Below are positions 21,001 through 30,148 of a DNA stretch of 64,000 bases, piece by piece. A model generated the notes under the pieces. That model worked only from the letters and a program-made list of their open reading frames with translations. It had not been told where the DNA came from and did not search any database. The stretch's first letter is position 1. Each line of letters starts with the position of its first letter. The DNA lies in IMG/VR virus record IMGVR_UViG_3300033064_000910, positions 1 through 64,000 of that record. One strand, 5' to 3'. This DNA is from a virus. Taxonomy: Duplodnaviria > Caudoviricetes. The position numbers and the translations under genes are program-made.

Positions 21001-24000
21001 ATATTAATACTTTATTTGCTATTATATTTTCTGCAGTACCAGCTACATATTTTATTCCATCAAGTGTAGGTCCTTTTTGTGTTGCGGCAGTTGGTGAAAC
21101 GGATCCTGTTAGGATTGCTGCCGATGGATATAGGTAATAGTATTCTCCAGCTTTAGAGCTTCTCTCATTACCACCATATACCAAGTCAGTTCTAACAGCA
21201 TCTATAATATGTCCAATATCTCTCTTACAAGTTGTTTCGTTATAATAGAATCCATCACCACCACTCCAAGAAGAAGATAGATAAGCAATTGATTCACTTT
21301 GTATAAACTTCTTATTATCAAGTAATAAATTAAATCCAGTTAATTCAGATGTTGTTGGTGATTGTAATAATAAATTTGCTACAATTTTTTCAGTAATTCC
21401 TTTAGCGTATTTAATACCATCTAAAGTTTGATTTAATTGTCCACCAGTATCACCATCGTTACCCACAGTTGCTAATGAAGGATATAAGTAATAATACTCA
21501 CCGGCTTTAGCTACTCTTTCGTTACCACCATAAAGAATATCAGTTGCTACCGCATCTAATATATAACCAATATCTCTTTTACAAGTAGTTTGGTTATAAC
21601 TGAATGCACTCCAAGAAGAAGATAGATAAGCAATAGTTTCATTTTGTATAAATGCCTTATTATTGAATATCAATTCGTATGCAATAATATTAGAATTAGA
21701 TGCTGATACAAATGTTGAATTTTTTAACACGCTATCGGTTAAATCTTTTGCGTATTTGATTCCACTTAATGTTGGTCCTAATTGAGATGTTGTAGCTTGT
21801 GATGGATATTCATAATAGAATTTTCCAGCATTTATACTTCTCTCATTACCACCATACACTATATCAGTTGTTACCGCATCTAAAATATGTCCTACATCTC
21901 TCTTACAAGTTACTTCATTATAAGATGCTGTACTCCAACTTGCCGAAATATAACTTATAACTTCATTTTGTATAAATGCTCTATTGTTATAAATTAATTC
22001 TTTTGCTTGTAATTTATTTTGTGATACTTTTACGAATGTATTTCCTCTAATAATTTTGAATGCAAGGTTTCTAGCATATTCAATACCTGTTACAGTCTCC
22101 TGTATTTGTGAACCAGTTGCATCGGATGGATATTGATAATAAAATATTCCAGCATTTACAGTTCTTTCATTTCCACCATATAATAAATCGGTAGAAACTG
22201 CATCTATAATATGACCAACATCTCTCTTACAAGTTGTTTCAATATATTGGTGTGTACTCCAAGATGAACTTATATAAGGTATTACTTCATTCTTAATAAG
22301 CTCTTTGTTATTAACCAAAAGAGTATATGCAGTTTGAACTTGCGCCGATTGAGTTACAAATAAAGTATTTAATACTAATTTTTGTGCTAAACGTGATGCG
22401 TATTTAATACCATCTAATGTTTGGTTTAATTGTGCTCCTTGCGCTTGTGATGGGAACTGATAATAAAACTTACCATTGAATACTGATGCTGAATTTGCAT
22501 TGAATATTAAATCTTCAGCCGAACCACTAAGTATTCCTTTTAAATCACGTCTACACTTACTCTCATCATAAGATGCAGTACTCCAAGATGAACTTAAATA
22601 TGCAATACTTTCTGATACTATAAAATCTAAGTTACTTTTTAGTATAGTATAAGCTGCTACTACATTTGAAGATGATATTGATGATGTATATAAAGTTACA
22701 GTTGGTAATGAACCAGTGCCATTTGCTATTATATTTGTTACAATAGAAATAGATGCCGATATTGCGTTAGCTTCAGTTTGTGTTGCCGCGCTTACTCCAA
22801 AATATTGAGTAGCATCAGTTACTTTAATATTTGCACCTGTATTTGGTGTTATTATTATTGGTATAGGAGTTACTGCATTTCTATCAGCTCTTACGAATGT
22901 ATGTGCTGCTTGTGGTAAATGTTTAACTGCTCCAGTTGATGCGGATACAAATGTGTGTACCGATTGTGGTAAGTGTTGTATAGCGTTTGCTGATGCCGAT
23001 ACGAATGTGTGTATAGAACCAGAAGCACTTCCAGCATCTCCTACATTTATTCTAAATATTCCATTTTGTCTTTGTAATCCATTTGCGGTTGCTGATATAA
23101 ATGTATGTGCGCTTGTATATGAAGATGGTCCTACATTGATATTAAATGTATTTGTAGTTACACCTGATATACTTAACCATCTACCACTTGGGTAATCGTA
23201 TCCAGCTCTTGGGTAAGATTTTGAAACTAAATTTTCATCTAATATACAAGTATAAACTAATGAGTTATCCGAAATTTTAATGTAATCACCATTACTAAAT
23301 CCGTGAGATGCTATTGTTATAGTAACATCTCCAGTTTCAGCATTGTAAGGTGCATTTGTTATTGTATGTTGTGTAAATCCAACTGATGTTATCTCAATTG
23401 ATTTTCCAGCATATGGGTCACTACCACTTCTAGGATAACTATGAGTTGTTGCGTTACCATCCTGGTCACAGGTAAACGCTATTGATGAACTTACTAAAAT
23501 AACACTTCTACCAACTCCCAATCCATGCTGCCCAACAGTTACATCCATATCTCCAGTTAGTGCATTGTAATTAACCGCAGATGGTGTAAAGTATTTATTA
23601 GCTGCGGATATTCCAGCATTAACTGTCAATGTAGTATATGTAGTATTTGTTATTTTAAAAGAACGTCCTGCATATGGGTCTATACCAAATCTAGGATAAG
23701 ATTTAGTTGATTGATTATTATCCATATCGCAAGTGAATGCGATTGAACCAGTTGTTATTACAATTCCTTCTCCTATACTTAAAGTGTGCGGTCCAACAGT
23801 CAATACAAAATTACCAGTTGCTGGGTCATAAGTTGCAGCTGTAGGAGTGAAATATACATCAGGACCTGATATACCAACATTTACAGTTATAGTATTAGTT
23901 GTTACTGAAATTATACTTAACCTACTATTATATGCACGCTGTCCAACTGAAGGTAATTTGTGTTCCGTTCTATTACCATCCATTTCACAAGTGAATACAA

Positions 24001-27000
24001 ATGATTCAGGTTTTAAATAAATAAAATCAGATGCTTTATAGCTGTGGTTTGGAATCGTAATTACAAAATTACCATTAGCAGGATTATACGTTGCCGTAGT
24101 TGGTTTAGAACCCGTACCATTTTGTAATATGTTTATAATTGTATCAAAGCTTCCTGATATATGTTTTGCTATTGAAGATGATATAATTACCGAAGATGTA
24201 TATTGATTTGTATTTGTTATTTTTACTAATCCATCAACATTTTTTATTAATGTAGGCAAAGTATCAGTACCATTTTCAACAATATCTAAAACAATATCAA
24301 AACTATTATTTGAAGCCGTAAGATATGTAGATGCTATTGATGCAGTTGTTATATATCTGCTTGTTGCTGTTCTTCTAATTAAAGAATTTACATTTGTTAC
24401 AATAGTTGGAATTGAACCAGTGCCATTTGCTACAATATCAATTACAGTATCAAATCCAGTAGTTACTTTTACTTTTTCAGAAGTATTCGGCGTATTTGAA
24501 GATGTTATTTGTGTACCACCAATAAAGTTTACACCTCTATTTGTATTTTTAAGAATAGTTGTTGGTATTGAACCAGTACCATTTGATACGATATTAAGTA
24601 TATTACCAAATGAAGATGATATAATAGATTTATCAGCTGTTGCTACTGATATTGATGATGTAATTTGTAGAGCAGTAGTTGCTTTGATTCCATCTGCAGT
24701 ATTTAGTACCACAGAAGGTGCAGAATTACTTCCACTTTCAATTACGTTTGCCACAATATCAAAACCATCCTCTATTGATTTTCCACCAATTGCTACTAAC
24801 TTTGCTAAACCTTTTGTGAAGTTTAATGAATCAATTGTTTCTTCAGATTGAACTCCGGTAGCTTGGGATGGATATAAATAATAGAATCTTCCTGCTATTA
24901 CACTTCTTTCATTACCACCATATACTAAATCAGTAATTACAGCATCTACAATAAATCCCGTATCTCTGTAACACTTACTTTCAATATAATCTAAATTAGG
25001 ATATATTTCATTAGCGTAATCAACGGTGTTTTGTTGTAAGAATGCTCTATTTTTTCTTACTAAAGCTGCTGCGTTTGTTATTGCTGAAGATGGTACACTT
25101 AATATATTATTTTTAATTATATTTTGTACTAAACCATTACCATATTCTATACCAGTTATTGTACTATCTAATTGAGAAGTTGCGGATGGTACACCCGCTA
25201 CTATTGCTTTTGATGGATATCTATAATAATATTCGCCGGCAAATCTACTTCTTTCATTTCCACCATATACTAAGTCAGTTCTAACCGCATCTAAAATATA
25301 TTTAATATCCCTTCTACATTTAGTATCATCGTAAGGTGCATCACTCCAAGAAGAACTTACATATTCAACTACTTCGTTTGCAATCAAATCTCTATTCAAT
25401 CTTATTAAGTTACTTGCATTTATTTTATTGCTTTCGGCTTGAATAAATGTTGTATTTAATACTGTCTTTTGTGCTAATCTATTTGCGTAATTAATACCAT
25501 CAATAGTTTGCATTAATTGTGAACCAGTTGCTGCCGAAGGATATGTATAGTAATAGTATGCTGCTACTCTAGTTCTTTCGTTTCCACCATATACCATATC
25601 AGTAATTGCTGCATCTAATATATGTCCTACATCTCTCTTACAAGTTGTTTCGTTATAATCATGCGCAATCCAAGATGATGATAGATATGCTATTGTTTCA
25701 TCTTTAATAAATTGTGTATTATTTCTTAATAATACTTTTGCGTTTGTTACATTAGAAGATGGTGCAGCAAACGGTATATTTTGAATTACTTTTTGTGCCA
25801 AACGTGATGCGTAATTAATTGCATCCAATGTTTGTGCTAATTGCGAATCGTTAGCTTTAGATGGAAACTCTAAATAAAAATTACCATTAAATATAGATGC
25901 AGAATTTGCATTGAATATTAAATCCTCCGCTGAACCACTCAATATACCTGTTAAATCTCTTTTACATTTACTTTCATCATATTCAAATGAAGACCAAGAT
26001 GATGATATGTATGCAATACTTTCTGAAACTATAAATGGTATGTTTAGTTTTAATAAGTTATAAGATGCAATATTAGATGTTGATAATACTGGTGCCGAAT
26101 ATAAAGTAATTGCCGGAGATGCTCCTTCACCAAATTCTATTATTTTTGTTACAATTGAAATAGATGATGATATAAATGCTACATTTTCCAAGCTACCACT
26201 ATACAACGATGATGATACTATTTGAGTTCCAGAAGTTACTTTTATATTTCCGTTTAACGAAGATGTTAATGCTGGTATAACAGATGTTCCATTTATTAAT
26301 ACTCTTTCAACTAAAGCAAATGATGAACTAATACTTGCACTTTCTGCAGTTGTTGCTGCAGAACTTGCTGTAAATACCGTATTAGTAACTTTAATACTTT
26401 GTGATGTATTTAATTTTAATTCTCCTAATGAACCCGTTCCGTTTATTATAATTCTTGCTACTAAAGCGAATGATGATGAAAGTGATGATGTTGCCGAACC
26501 ACTTACAGCAAATGATGCAGTTGTTTGTGTTCCAGTAGTTACTTTAGTTAATCCTACATGTGATGAAGTAAATAAAGGTTCTGCTACTAAACCACCACCA
26601 ATAATAGTATTTACAACATCAAAATTTCTGCCAATTGTAGTTACTTCGTTTGGTGTTGTATTAGATGATGTTATTTGAGAACCAGTGCTTACATTTATTG
26701 GATTGTATTTATTCCAAGTTAATCCAGTATTTTGTGCTAATAAAGATTTAACCGAACTTAATCCTCTTGCTACAATTCCTTCTATAATTGAGAACGTATT
26801 ACCAATAAAAGTTTGCTGCGTTGCCGAACCACTAAATGAAGATGTTGCGTTTGTTAAAGTAGATAATCTAAAGTTCTTTTCATCATTATAAACAATACGT
26901 GGTGTATCTAATATTTGATTTTGAACAATAGTATCTCCAATAATTTTTGCATACTTAACACCAGCAATAGTTGATGTTCTTTGAGTTGTTGTTGCTAAAG

Positions 27001-30000
27001 ATGGATAATCATAATAGTATCTACCAGCAGTTATACCTCTTTCAATTCCACCATATAATAAATCAGTTGCTACATTATCAACAATATACCCAACATCTCT
27101 TTTACAAGTTGCTTGAATATATTTTAAATTTGGAAATGCAACATTAATAAATTGAATTGTTTCGTTTTGAATTAATTCTTTATTATTTATTAAATTATTA
27201 TATGCCGATAATATTGATGCGGTTGGAGCTGTAAATGTTTTTTTCTTTAATAAATTATCAACCAATCCACTTGCGTATCTGATACCATCCGATGTTTGTC
27301 CTAATTGACCAACACCATCTCCATCACCTCTTACGATTGCTAAAGATGGGTATTGATAATAGTATTCACCAGCAATTATACTTCTTTCATTACCACCATA
27401 TTTTGCATCAGTTGCTACTGCATCTAATATATAACCAGTATCACGTCTACATTTTGCTTCGTTATAATAAAAATTAGACCAAGATGATGATAAATAAGTT
27501 ATAACTTCATTTTGTACAAATGTTTTATTATCTCTAATAGTATTCCAAACATCATCTACTTCAGTTGTTGGTTCTGTATATACTTTACCTCTAATTAAAT
27601 TTAATGAAACTCCAGCTGCATGCTTCATAGCAGTTAGCGTTGGTCCTAATTGTGTAGTAGTTGCTTCAGATGGATATTGATAATAAAATAAACCATTTCT
27701 AATACTTTCTTCATTTCCACCAAATAAAAGGTCTTTTGCTACACCATTTACAATATAACCAACATCTCTTTTACAAGTTTCTTCTGGATATGAAAACCCA
27801 CTCCAAGATGATGATACAAATTGTATTACTTCATCTTTGATAAATTCTATGTTACTTACTAATATTTCGTATGCCGTTACAACATCAATACCTGTTTTAG
27901 CTATTGAACCACTTTGTATTGTAGCTGGATATGTTAATGTATTTTTAATTAAGTCAAATGGTGTTGTAGATGAATTTACTATTTCAATCTTACCACCCAT
28001 TAAACTTCTATTCTGCGATACATAATATAATTTGTTTGGTGCGTTATATGGTACTGTAAAGGTTATTGTCCCTCTACTATCGCCATTGTTTACCATACCA
28101 ATATTATAATCATATTTTTCAGTAATACCTTCTAATTGTTCTGTTCTAATCCAAAACGGATATTCGATACCACCAAATATTTCTATTGCATTTACATTAA
28201 ATTTGTAAGTTTCTCCTCTAAATAAAGTTAATGTAGGATTACTACCAAGTCCTTCAAAATCAAATGAAGAACTATTATTATTTGTTATTACAAAAGATTT
28301 TTTATGATTAGCTGGTATTGATAAAATATTACTACCAGTACCATTTGCTAAAATATTATAAACAATACTAAAACTTGCACTTATAGAATTTATTGTTGCT
28401 AAAGATGATGTTACACCCAGCATTATTTGTTCGGTAGTTCCACCCTTTATACTACCACTTGTATTTGCTATGTACGTTGGTTTAACAGAAACGCCTTTTG
28501 TAATAATATTAAGAACCGTTCCAAATGATGAACTAACAGATGCAGTATAGTTTGTTGCAATATTTGTTATTTGCTCAATTACATCAGTACCAATTTGTTT
28601 ACTAGCACTTGTATTTGATTTAAAATTAAATGAACCAGTACCATTTGCTAATATACTTAATAAGGCTGCGTATGATGAACTAATAGTATTTAAATCATGT
28701 TGAGTAGCTGATATAGATGATGTTATTTGCTCTGCTCCTAATATATTATATGGAGAATCAAATCCGTATCCCTTTATAGAACTCTTAGCTAATAGGGTTG
28801 GAAAATTAGTTACACCTTTATCAACTATTTCACTTATTAATGTATAATCAGAAAATATTTCATCTGCTGCAGTAGTTGATAATGTTGTTGTAGCAGATAC
28901 TCTACTTTGTGTATATAATGATGGCGCTGTTATACGAATCCCTTCAGCTGTATTCAATTTTGTTATTGTAGGTAATCCATTTTCTAATCCTTTGTTTAGA
29001 ACATTAACAACACAACTCCAAGTTCCTCTTACACTATCTCTAGCTTGAATATTACCACCACTACCAGAAATAAGACGAGAACCACTAGCGTACATACCAT
29101 ACAAACCAAACGAAATGTTTGAGTTATTTAGGGTAGCTTGTCCGCCATTGTTTACTCTAATTGCATAATATGAGAAGTTATTAAAGAAAGATACCAACTG
29201 AATGAAACCTCTACCATTAACCAAACAACCTACGCCGTTTGGAGAAATTTGAGTGTAAGCATCCAATACCATTGAAGCCAATGGAGAATCGGGATCAATC
29301 ACATCACCATTAACATAAAGACCTCCACCTCCTGGTGGAATATCTTCATAAAGTTCGGTGAATGAATTCTCTTGATTTGAAATTTGAGAACAGTTCTGAA
29401 CATATGGCGAAGTTGTAATAAATGCTCCGGGTTGGAAAGCCACAGCGAATCCTTTTTCAGGATTTATTTGGTCTGGATACAATCTCAATCCTCCCATTGT
29501 TACCTCTGCAATATAACATCCAGCGTTTACTAAGAATAGGTCTTCTGTGGGTGTTTTAGCGTTAATCTTGGTGATACGCAAACCGGCACCCCATATAGTT
29601 GTATTCTTAGGAAGTATCACAGGATTATCCTCTAAATACGTTCCAGCCTGTACTTTAATCACATATCCATTTGATATTGAACCGGTATCGAATCCATATC
29701 TACCATCGTATCCTGGTGCTGCCAATGATGCAGCTCTTTTAATTGTACGAAGTGGAAATTGAATAGTTCTACCATCGTTTGTATCATCACCATCGGTAGA
29801 AGAAACATAAAGAGTAGGTACGTTAGCACCAAAATCTTTTGCAAGAATACCAGCATATCTTTGTGTATCAACTGCTAATATTGAATTGGAAGATGTTACC
29901 GAAAGAATTGTGTTTGGTGCTGCAGTTCTTAATTCCCCATCAATTACCAATGAACCTGTTAAAAATACAGAACCAGTGATTTCACTTTTATCATTTAAAT

Positions 30001-30145
30001 CATTTCCAAAAAAGAAACTCTTAGATACAAACAATGAACCACTTATAATAGCATCTTGTCCAATTTCAACATTTTGTTGTATTGAAAGAGACCCACTAAT
30101 ATTTTGTTGTTCTTCAATTTGTTTACGAGGTATTAATCTTGCCAT
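15095..30145 (-). CDS. Giant virion protein (5016 aa): split pectin-lyase-like beta-helix, 22 CxRD helical repeats, 22 amphipathic helix units, 2 x 4 nested beta domains
   Basis: N-terminal LYVSSTDGDDTNDGRT...PLRTIKRA...IKVQAGTYLE (beta-helix cap), PYVQNCS...SMVLDAYTQ...QLVSFF; C-terminal GGGRIFFTSGNQDGDFRIG; repeats C(K/R)RD(V/I/L/T)G(Y/H/F)IxDAVxTDLLYGGNERS counted by eye. Confidence 0.85.
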   Translation of the reverse strand: MARLIPRKQIEEQQNISGSLSIQQNVEIGQDAIISGSLFVSKSFFFGNDLNDKSEITGSVFLTGSLVIDGELRTAAPNTILSVTSSNSILAVDTQRYAGILAKDFGANVPTLYVSSTDGDDTNDGRTIQFPLRTIKRAASLAAPGYDGRYGFDTGSISNGYVIKVQAGTYLEDNPVILPKNTTIWGAGLRITKINAKTPTEDLFLVNAGCYIAEVTMGGLRLYPDQINPEKGFAVAFQPGAFITTSPYVQNCSQISNQENSFTELYEDIPPGGGGLYVNGDVIDPDSPLASMVLDAYTQISPNGVGCLVNGRGFIQLVSFFNNFSYYAIRVNNGGQATLNNSNISFGLYGMYASGSRLISGSGGNIQARDSVRGTWSCVVNVLNKGLENGLPTITKLNTAEGIRITAPSLYTQSRVSATTTLSTTAADEIFSDYTLISEIVDKGVTNFPTLLAKSSIKGYGFDSPYNILGAEQITSSISATQHDLNTISSSYAALLSILANGTGSFNFKSNTSASKQIGTDVIEQITNIATNYTASVSSSFGTVLNIITKGVSVKPTYIANTSGSIKGGTTEQIMLGVTSSLATINSISASFSIVYNILANGTGSNILSIPANHKKSFVITNNNSSSFDFEGLGSNPTLTLFRGETYKFNVNAIEIFGGIEYPFWIRTEQLEGITEKYDYNIGMVNNGDSRGTITFTVPYNAPNKLYYVSQNRSLMGGKIEIVNSSTTPFDLIKNTLTYPATIQSGSIAKTGIDVVTAYEILVSNIEFIKDEVIQFVSSSWSGFSYPEETCKRDVGYIVNGVAKDLLFGGNEESIRNGLFYYQYPSEATTTQLGPTLTAMKHAAGVSLNLIRGKVYTEPTTEVDDVWNTIRDNKTFVQNEVITYLSSSWSNFYYNEAKCRRDTGYILDAVATDAKYGGNERSIIAGEYYYQYPSLAIVRGDGDGVGQLGQTSDGIRYASGLVDNLLKKKTFTAPTASILSAYNNLINNKELIQNETIQFINVAFPNLKYIQATCKRDVGYIVDNVATDLLYGGIERGITAGRYYYDYPSLATTTQRTSTIAGVKYAKIIGDTIVQNQILDTPRIVYNDEKNFRLSTLTNATSSFSGSATQQTFIGNTFSIIEGIVARGLSSVKSLLAQNTGLTWNKYNPINVSTGSQITSSNTTPNEVTTIGRNFDVVNTIIGGGLVAEPLFTSSHVGLTKVTTGTQTTASFAVSGSATSSLSSSFALVARIIINGTGSLGELKLNTSQSIKVTNTVFTASSAATTAESASISSSFALVERVLINGTSVIPALTSSLNGNIKVTSGTQIVSSSLYSGSLENVAFISSSISIVTKIIEFGEGASPAITLYSAPVLSTSNIASYNLLKLNIPFIVSESIAYISSSWSSFEYDESKCKRDLTGILSGSAEDLIFNANSASIFNGNFYLEFPSKANDSQLAQTLDAINYASRLAQKVIQNIPFAAPSSNVTNAKVLLRNNTQFIKDETIAYLSSSWIAHDYNETTCKRDVGHILDAAITDMVYGGNERTRVAAYYYYTYPSAATGSQLMQTIDGINYANRLAQKTVLNTTFIQAESNKINASNLIRLNRDLIANEVVEYVSSSWSDAPYDDTKCRRDIKYILDAVRTDLVYGGNERSRFAGEYYYRYPSKAIVAGVPSATSQLDSTITGIEYGNGLVQNIIKNNILSVPSSAITNAAALVRKNRAFLQQNTVDYANEIYPNLDYIESKCYRDTGFIVDAVITDLVYGGNERSVIAGRFYYLYPSQATGVQSEETIDSLNFTKGLAKLVAIGGKSIEDGFDIVANVIESGSNSAPSVVLNTADGIKATTALQITSSISVATADKSIISSSFGNILNIVSNGTGSIPTTILKNTNRGVNFIGGTQITSSNTPNTSEKVKVTTGFDTVIDIVANGTGSIPTIVTNVNSLIRRTATSRYITTASIASTYLTASNNSFDIVLDIVENGTDTLPTLIKNVDGLVKITNTNQYTSSVIISSSIAKHISGSFDTIINILQNGTGSKPTTATYNPANGNFVITIPNHSYKASDFIYLKPESFVFTCEMDGNRTEHKLPSVGQRAYNSRLSIISVTTNTITVNVGISGPDVYFTPTAATYDPATGNFVLTVGPHTLSIGEGIVITTGSIAFTCDMDNNQSTKSYPRFGIDPYAGRSFKITNTTYTTLTVNAGISAANKYFTPSAVNYNALTGDMDVTVGQHGLGVGRSVILVSSSIAFTCDQDGNATTHSYPRSGSDPYAGKSIEITSVGFTQHTITNAPYNAETGDVTITIASHGFSNGDYIKISDNSLVYTCILDENLVSKSYPRAGYDYPSGRWLSISGVTTNTFNINVGPSSYTSAHTFISATANGLQRQNGIFRINVGDAGSASGSIHTFVSASANAIQHLPQSVHTFVSASTGAVKHLPQAAHTFVRADRNAVTPIPIIITPNTGANIKVTDATQYFGVSAATQTEANAISASISIVTNIIANGTGSLPTVTLYTSSISSSNVVAAYTILKSNLDFIVSESIAYLSSSWSTASYDESKCRRDLKGILSGSAEDLIFNANSASVFNGKFYYQFPSQAQGAQLNQTLDGIKYASRLAQKLVLNTLFVTQSAQVQTAYTLLVNNKELIKNEVIPYISSSWSTHQYIETTCKRDVGHIIDAVSTDLLYGGNERTVNAGIFYYQYPSDATGSQIQETVTGIEYARNLAFKIIRGNTFVKVSQNKLQAKELIYNNRAFIQNEVISYISASWSTASYNEVTCKRDVGHILDAVTTDIVYGGNERSINAGKFYYEYPSQATTSQLGPTLSGIKYAKDLTDSVLKNSTFVSASNSNIIAYELIFNNKAFIQNETIAYLSSSWSAFSYNQTTCKRDIGYILDAVATDILYGGNERVAKAGEYYYLYPSLATVGNDGDTGGQLNQTLDGIKYAKGITEKIVANLLLQSPTTSELTGFNLLLDNKKFIQSESIAYLSSSWSGGDGFYYNETTCKRDIGHIIDAVRTDLVYGGNERSSKAGEYYYLYPSAAILTGSVSPTAATQKGPTLDGIKYVAGTAENIIANKVLISPTGFTTSSVNLLRQNKKFIQNETVQYIDAFFPNLVYLRETCRRDVGYILDAVITDNFYGGNQRSVIAGQYYYLYPSLATKSTQVRETVAGVDYAKAVAKAIVQNIKLNSPTLTTNTDGNIKVTNTAQYTSSSISASIIEVNQISSSFGLVTGIINDGVKSFTPTTATYNPADGEFVITIPSHTLTKYNSIYIRPESFVFTCEMDGNRTEHKLPGVGQYPYSNKLQIQSVTTNTITVNVGASGPNVEFTPTSASYNPATGNFVVTVGTHNLSVGEGIVLSTGSFAFTCDMDNNQSTKSYPRFGIDPYSVRSIPLTAVTDTTLTFNVGVSAANKYFTPTSASYNALTGDMVVTVGQHGLGVGRSVTLASASIAFTCDQDNNATTHSYPRSGSDPYAGKSIVITSVGTSSHTITNAPYNSSTGVVTLTVAGHGFSNGDYIKISDNSLTYTCVLDDYSVSKSYPRPGYDYPSGRWLEISNVTTNTFTINVGSSNYIGAHTFISATANGLQRQTGTFTINVGDAGSASGSIHTFVSASANAIQHLPQSVHTFVSASAGAIKHLPQSAHTFIRTTKNSISTIPVLVQNGDSLIKVTNTAQYSSSISASGAELDIITSSFKHVADIIEKGVAFVPDSLARNYDYGFELSTPTLLHISSKEQTIGTGSYNLSTQITNVSSSYGTVVNVVKNGLSVLPTLVASTSSSLKVTNANPIKQSISASSFDTNKIASGFDLILNVIENGTSVLPTIISNTSASIKVTDTPQLISGSASGRLQGKLISSSLSLVIDVLLSNGTSSIGFNPSTYPIANSNAKINSAYNLLISNSKFIVDETIAYMSSSWSGFEYTQSKCERDLTGILSGSAFDLLYGGNSASLFNGKFYFDYPSNATGSQLDQTITAIKYASGLAEKVVLNTVFTHISASINQPTSASWNSLRNNKAFIQSESIAYLSSSWSNFDYNETTCKRDIGYVIDAVATDLLYGGNERSVVAGRYYYDYPSQATNAQLEPTLTGIRYAKGTAMNVVVNKQIFTASLEVQYAYDLIKANKLFIQSESVAYVNVKYPNLDYSESKCYRDLGYIIDGVATDLLYGGNERSRDNGDYYYQFPSQANGFGSQVVQTTDAIKYAARFTTASISSTLIAAPLVIPNTQANIKVTNATQLVTSSLFGTVAESTKVSASISIVTNIIANGTGSLPTLIPYVTPSADTNVIYAYNLLKANIGFIVSESIAYLSSSWSTASYDESKCGRDLRGILSGSAEDLLYNANSASLFNGIFYYQYPSQAQGAQINQTLDGINYASKLAQNIVQNVTYVTASANVSASYALIRKNREFIQNETIAYLSSSWSTASYVETTCKRDVGHIIDAVSTDLLYGGNERSTYAGIFYYLYPSQANGTGSQVQATLTGVNYAGQLSKNVAASLTFVTASQIVSASVNLLRKNREFIQNETLAYLTASWSTFEYDKDKCKRDTGFIIDGVITDLLYGGNERGSFNGEFYYKYPSKAIIEGDGDGVGQLGQTIDGINYASRIAQKIAKNILFVTASVEASASFDLLRKNKSFVAAETIAYVSSSWSGVYYNETTCKRDVGYLIDAAATDVLYGGQERSVIAGQYYYLYPSNAINKGVPSTQNQLDPTLTGIRYAGKLSKKVIINPTYLVPSASLLTTAQLLTDNKQLIQKETITFLSSSWSNLKYNEASCSRDLGFIIDAIRTDLVYGGNERSIEAGSYYYKFPSVAIVESYGDNNGQKKQTIDGINFARGISEKIVANTLLSYLAPATKRRQAAERLKGGKDELKQRAIGYTNGAFPYLVYNEASCSRDTGFIVDACVTDLLYGGNERGIRAASSYYDGQYGSAVVVTRDQLLETLETNRYLRTRAEFIAAGAPLEVFGSLIVATGIDYSYNGSGVTFKALPPNQGGSGVADPAFEITELGGGRIFFTSGNQDGDFRIGTGLSINQATGTLVGRTFSKSLFSLVTPFSLALQI

Positions 30146-30148
30146 TTA

